Assembly: GCF_001447785.1 (NCBI RefSeq)
Contig: NW_015177038.1
Span: 575,300-639,299 of the forward strand
Source: Gekko japonicus
Lineage: Eukaryota
DNA: 64,000 nt
Reading direction: 5' to 3'
Numbering within the stretch: the stretch's first letter is position 1; each line of letters starts with the position of its first letter. Below, piece after piece: positions 63,472-64,000 of the stretch. The notes under the pieces are model-generated. The model saw only the letters and a list, made by a program, of their open reading frames with translations. It was not told the DNA's origin and did no database searches. The translations under genes were made by a program, and so were the position numbers.

Positions 63472-64000
<529 letters not shown>

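Overview
Vertebrate genomic DNA, from a squamate and most likely a gecko judging by the SINE/MITE families. It contains a C2H2 zinc-finger gene cluster in a repeat-rich background. Five genes are supported. Gene A (minus strand) has a CpG promoter at ~12.9-13.5 kb and a KRAB-A-type exon at 5244-5367; its finger exon lies outside the window. Gene B (+) is ~582 aa with 12 intact fingers. Gene C (+) is a ~626-aa SCAN-ZNF with 7 fingers. Gene D (+) is ~557 aa with 14 fingers. Gene E (+) starts at 63499 and runs off the window. Four of the five genes keep a KRAB-A-type exon with intact splice sites but a decayed KRAB sequence (stop plus restart, frameshift plus restart, or in-frame erosion). The most unusual non-gene items are: (i) a 493-bp insert between 12-bp direct repeats that is almost fully open on one strand and matches nothing I recognise (candidate endogenous viral or foreign-RNA fragment); (ii) a 1.46-kb non-autonomous L1-mobilised retroposon with a perfect 15-bp TSD; (iii) a tailless 7SL retropseudogene; (iv) Penelope-type hammerhead relics; (v) a nested CR1>LTR>LINE>L1 stack. 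All gene models and family assignments were made by eye and have not been checked against any database.
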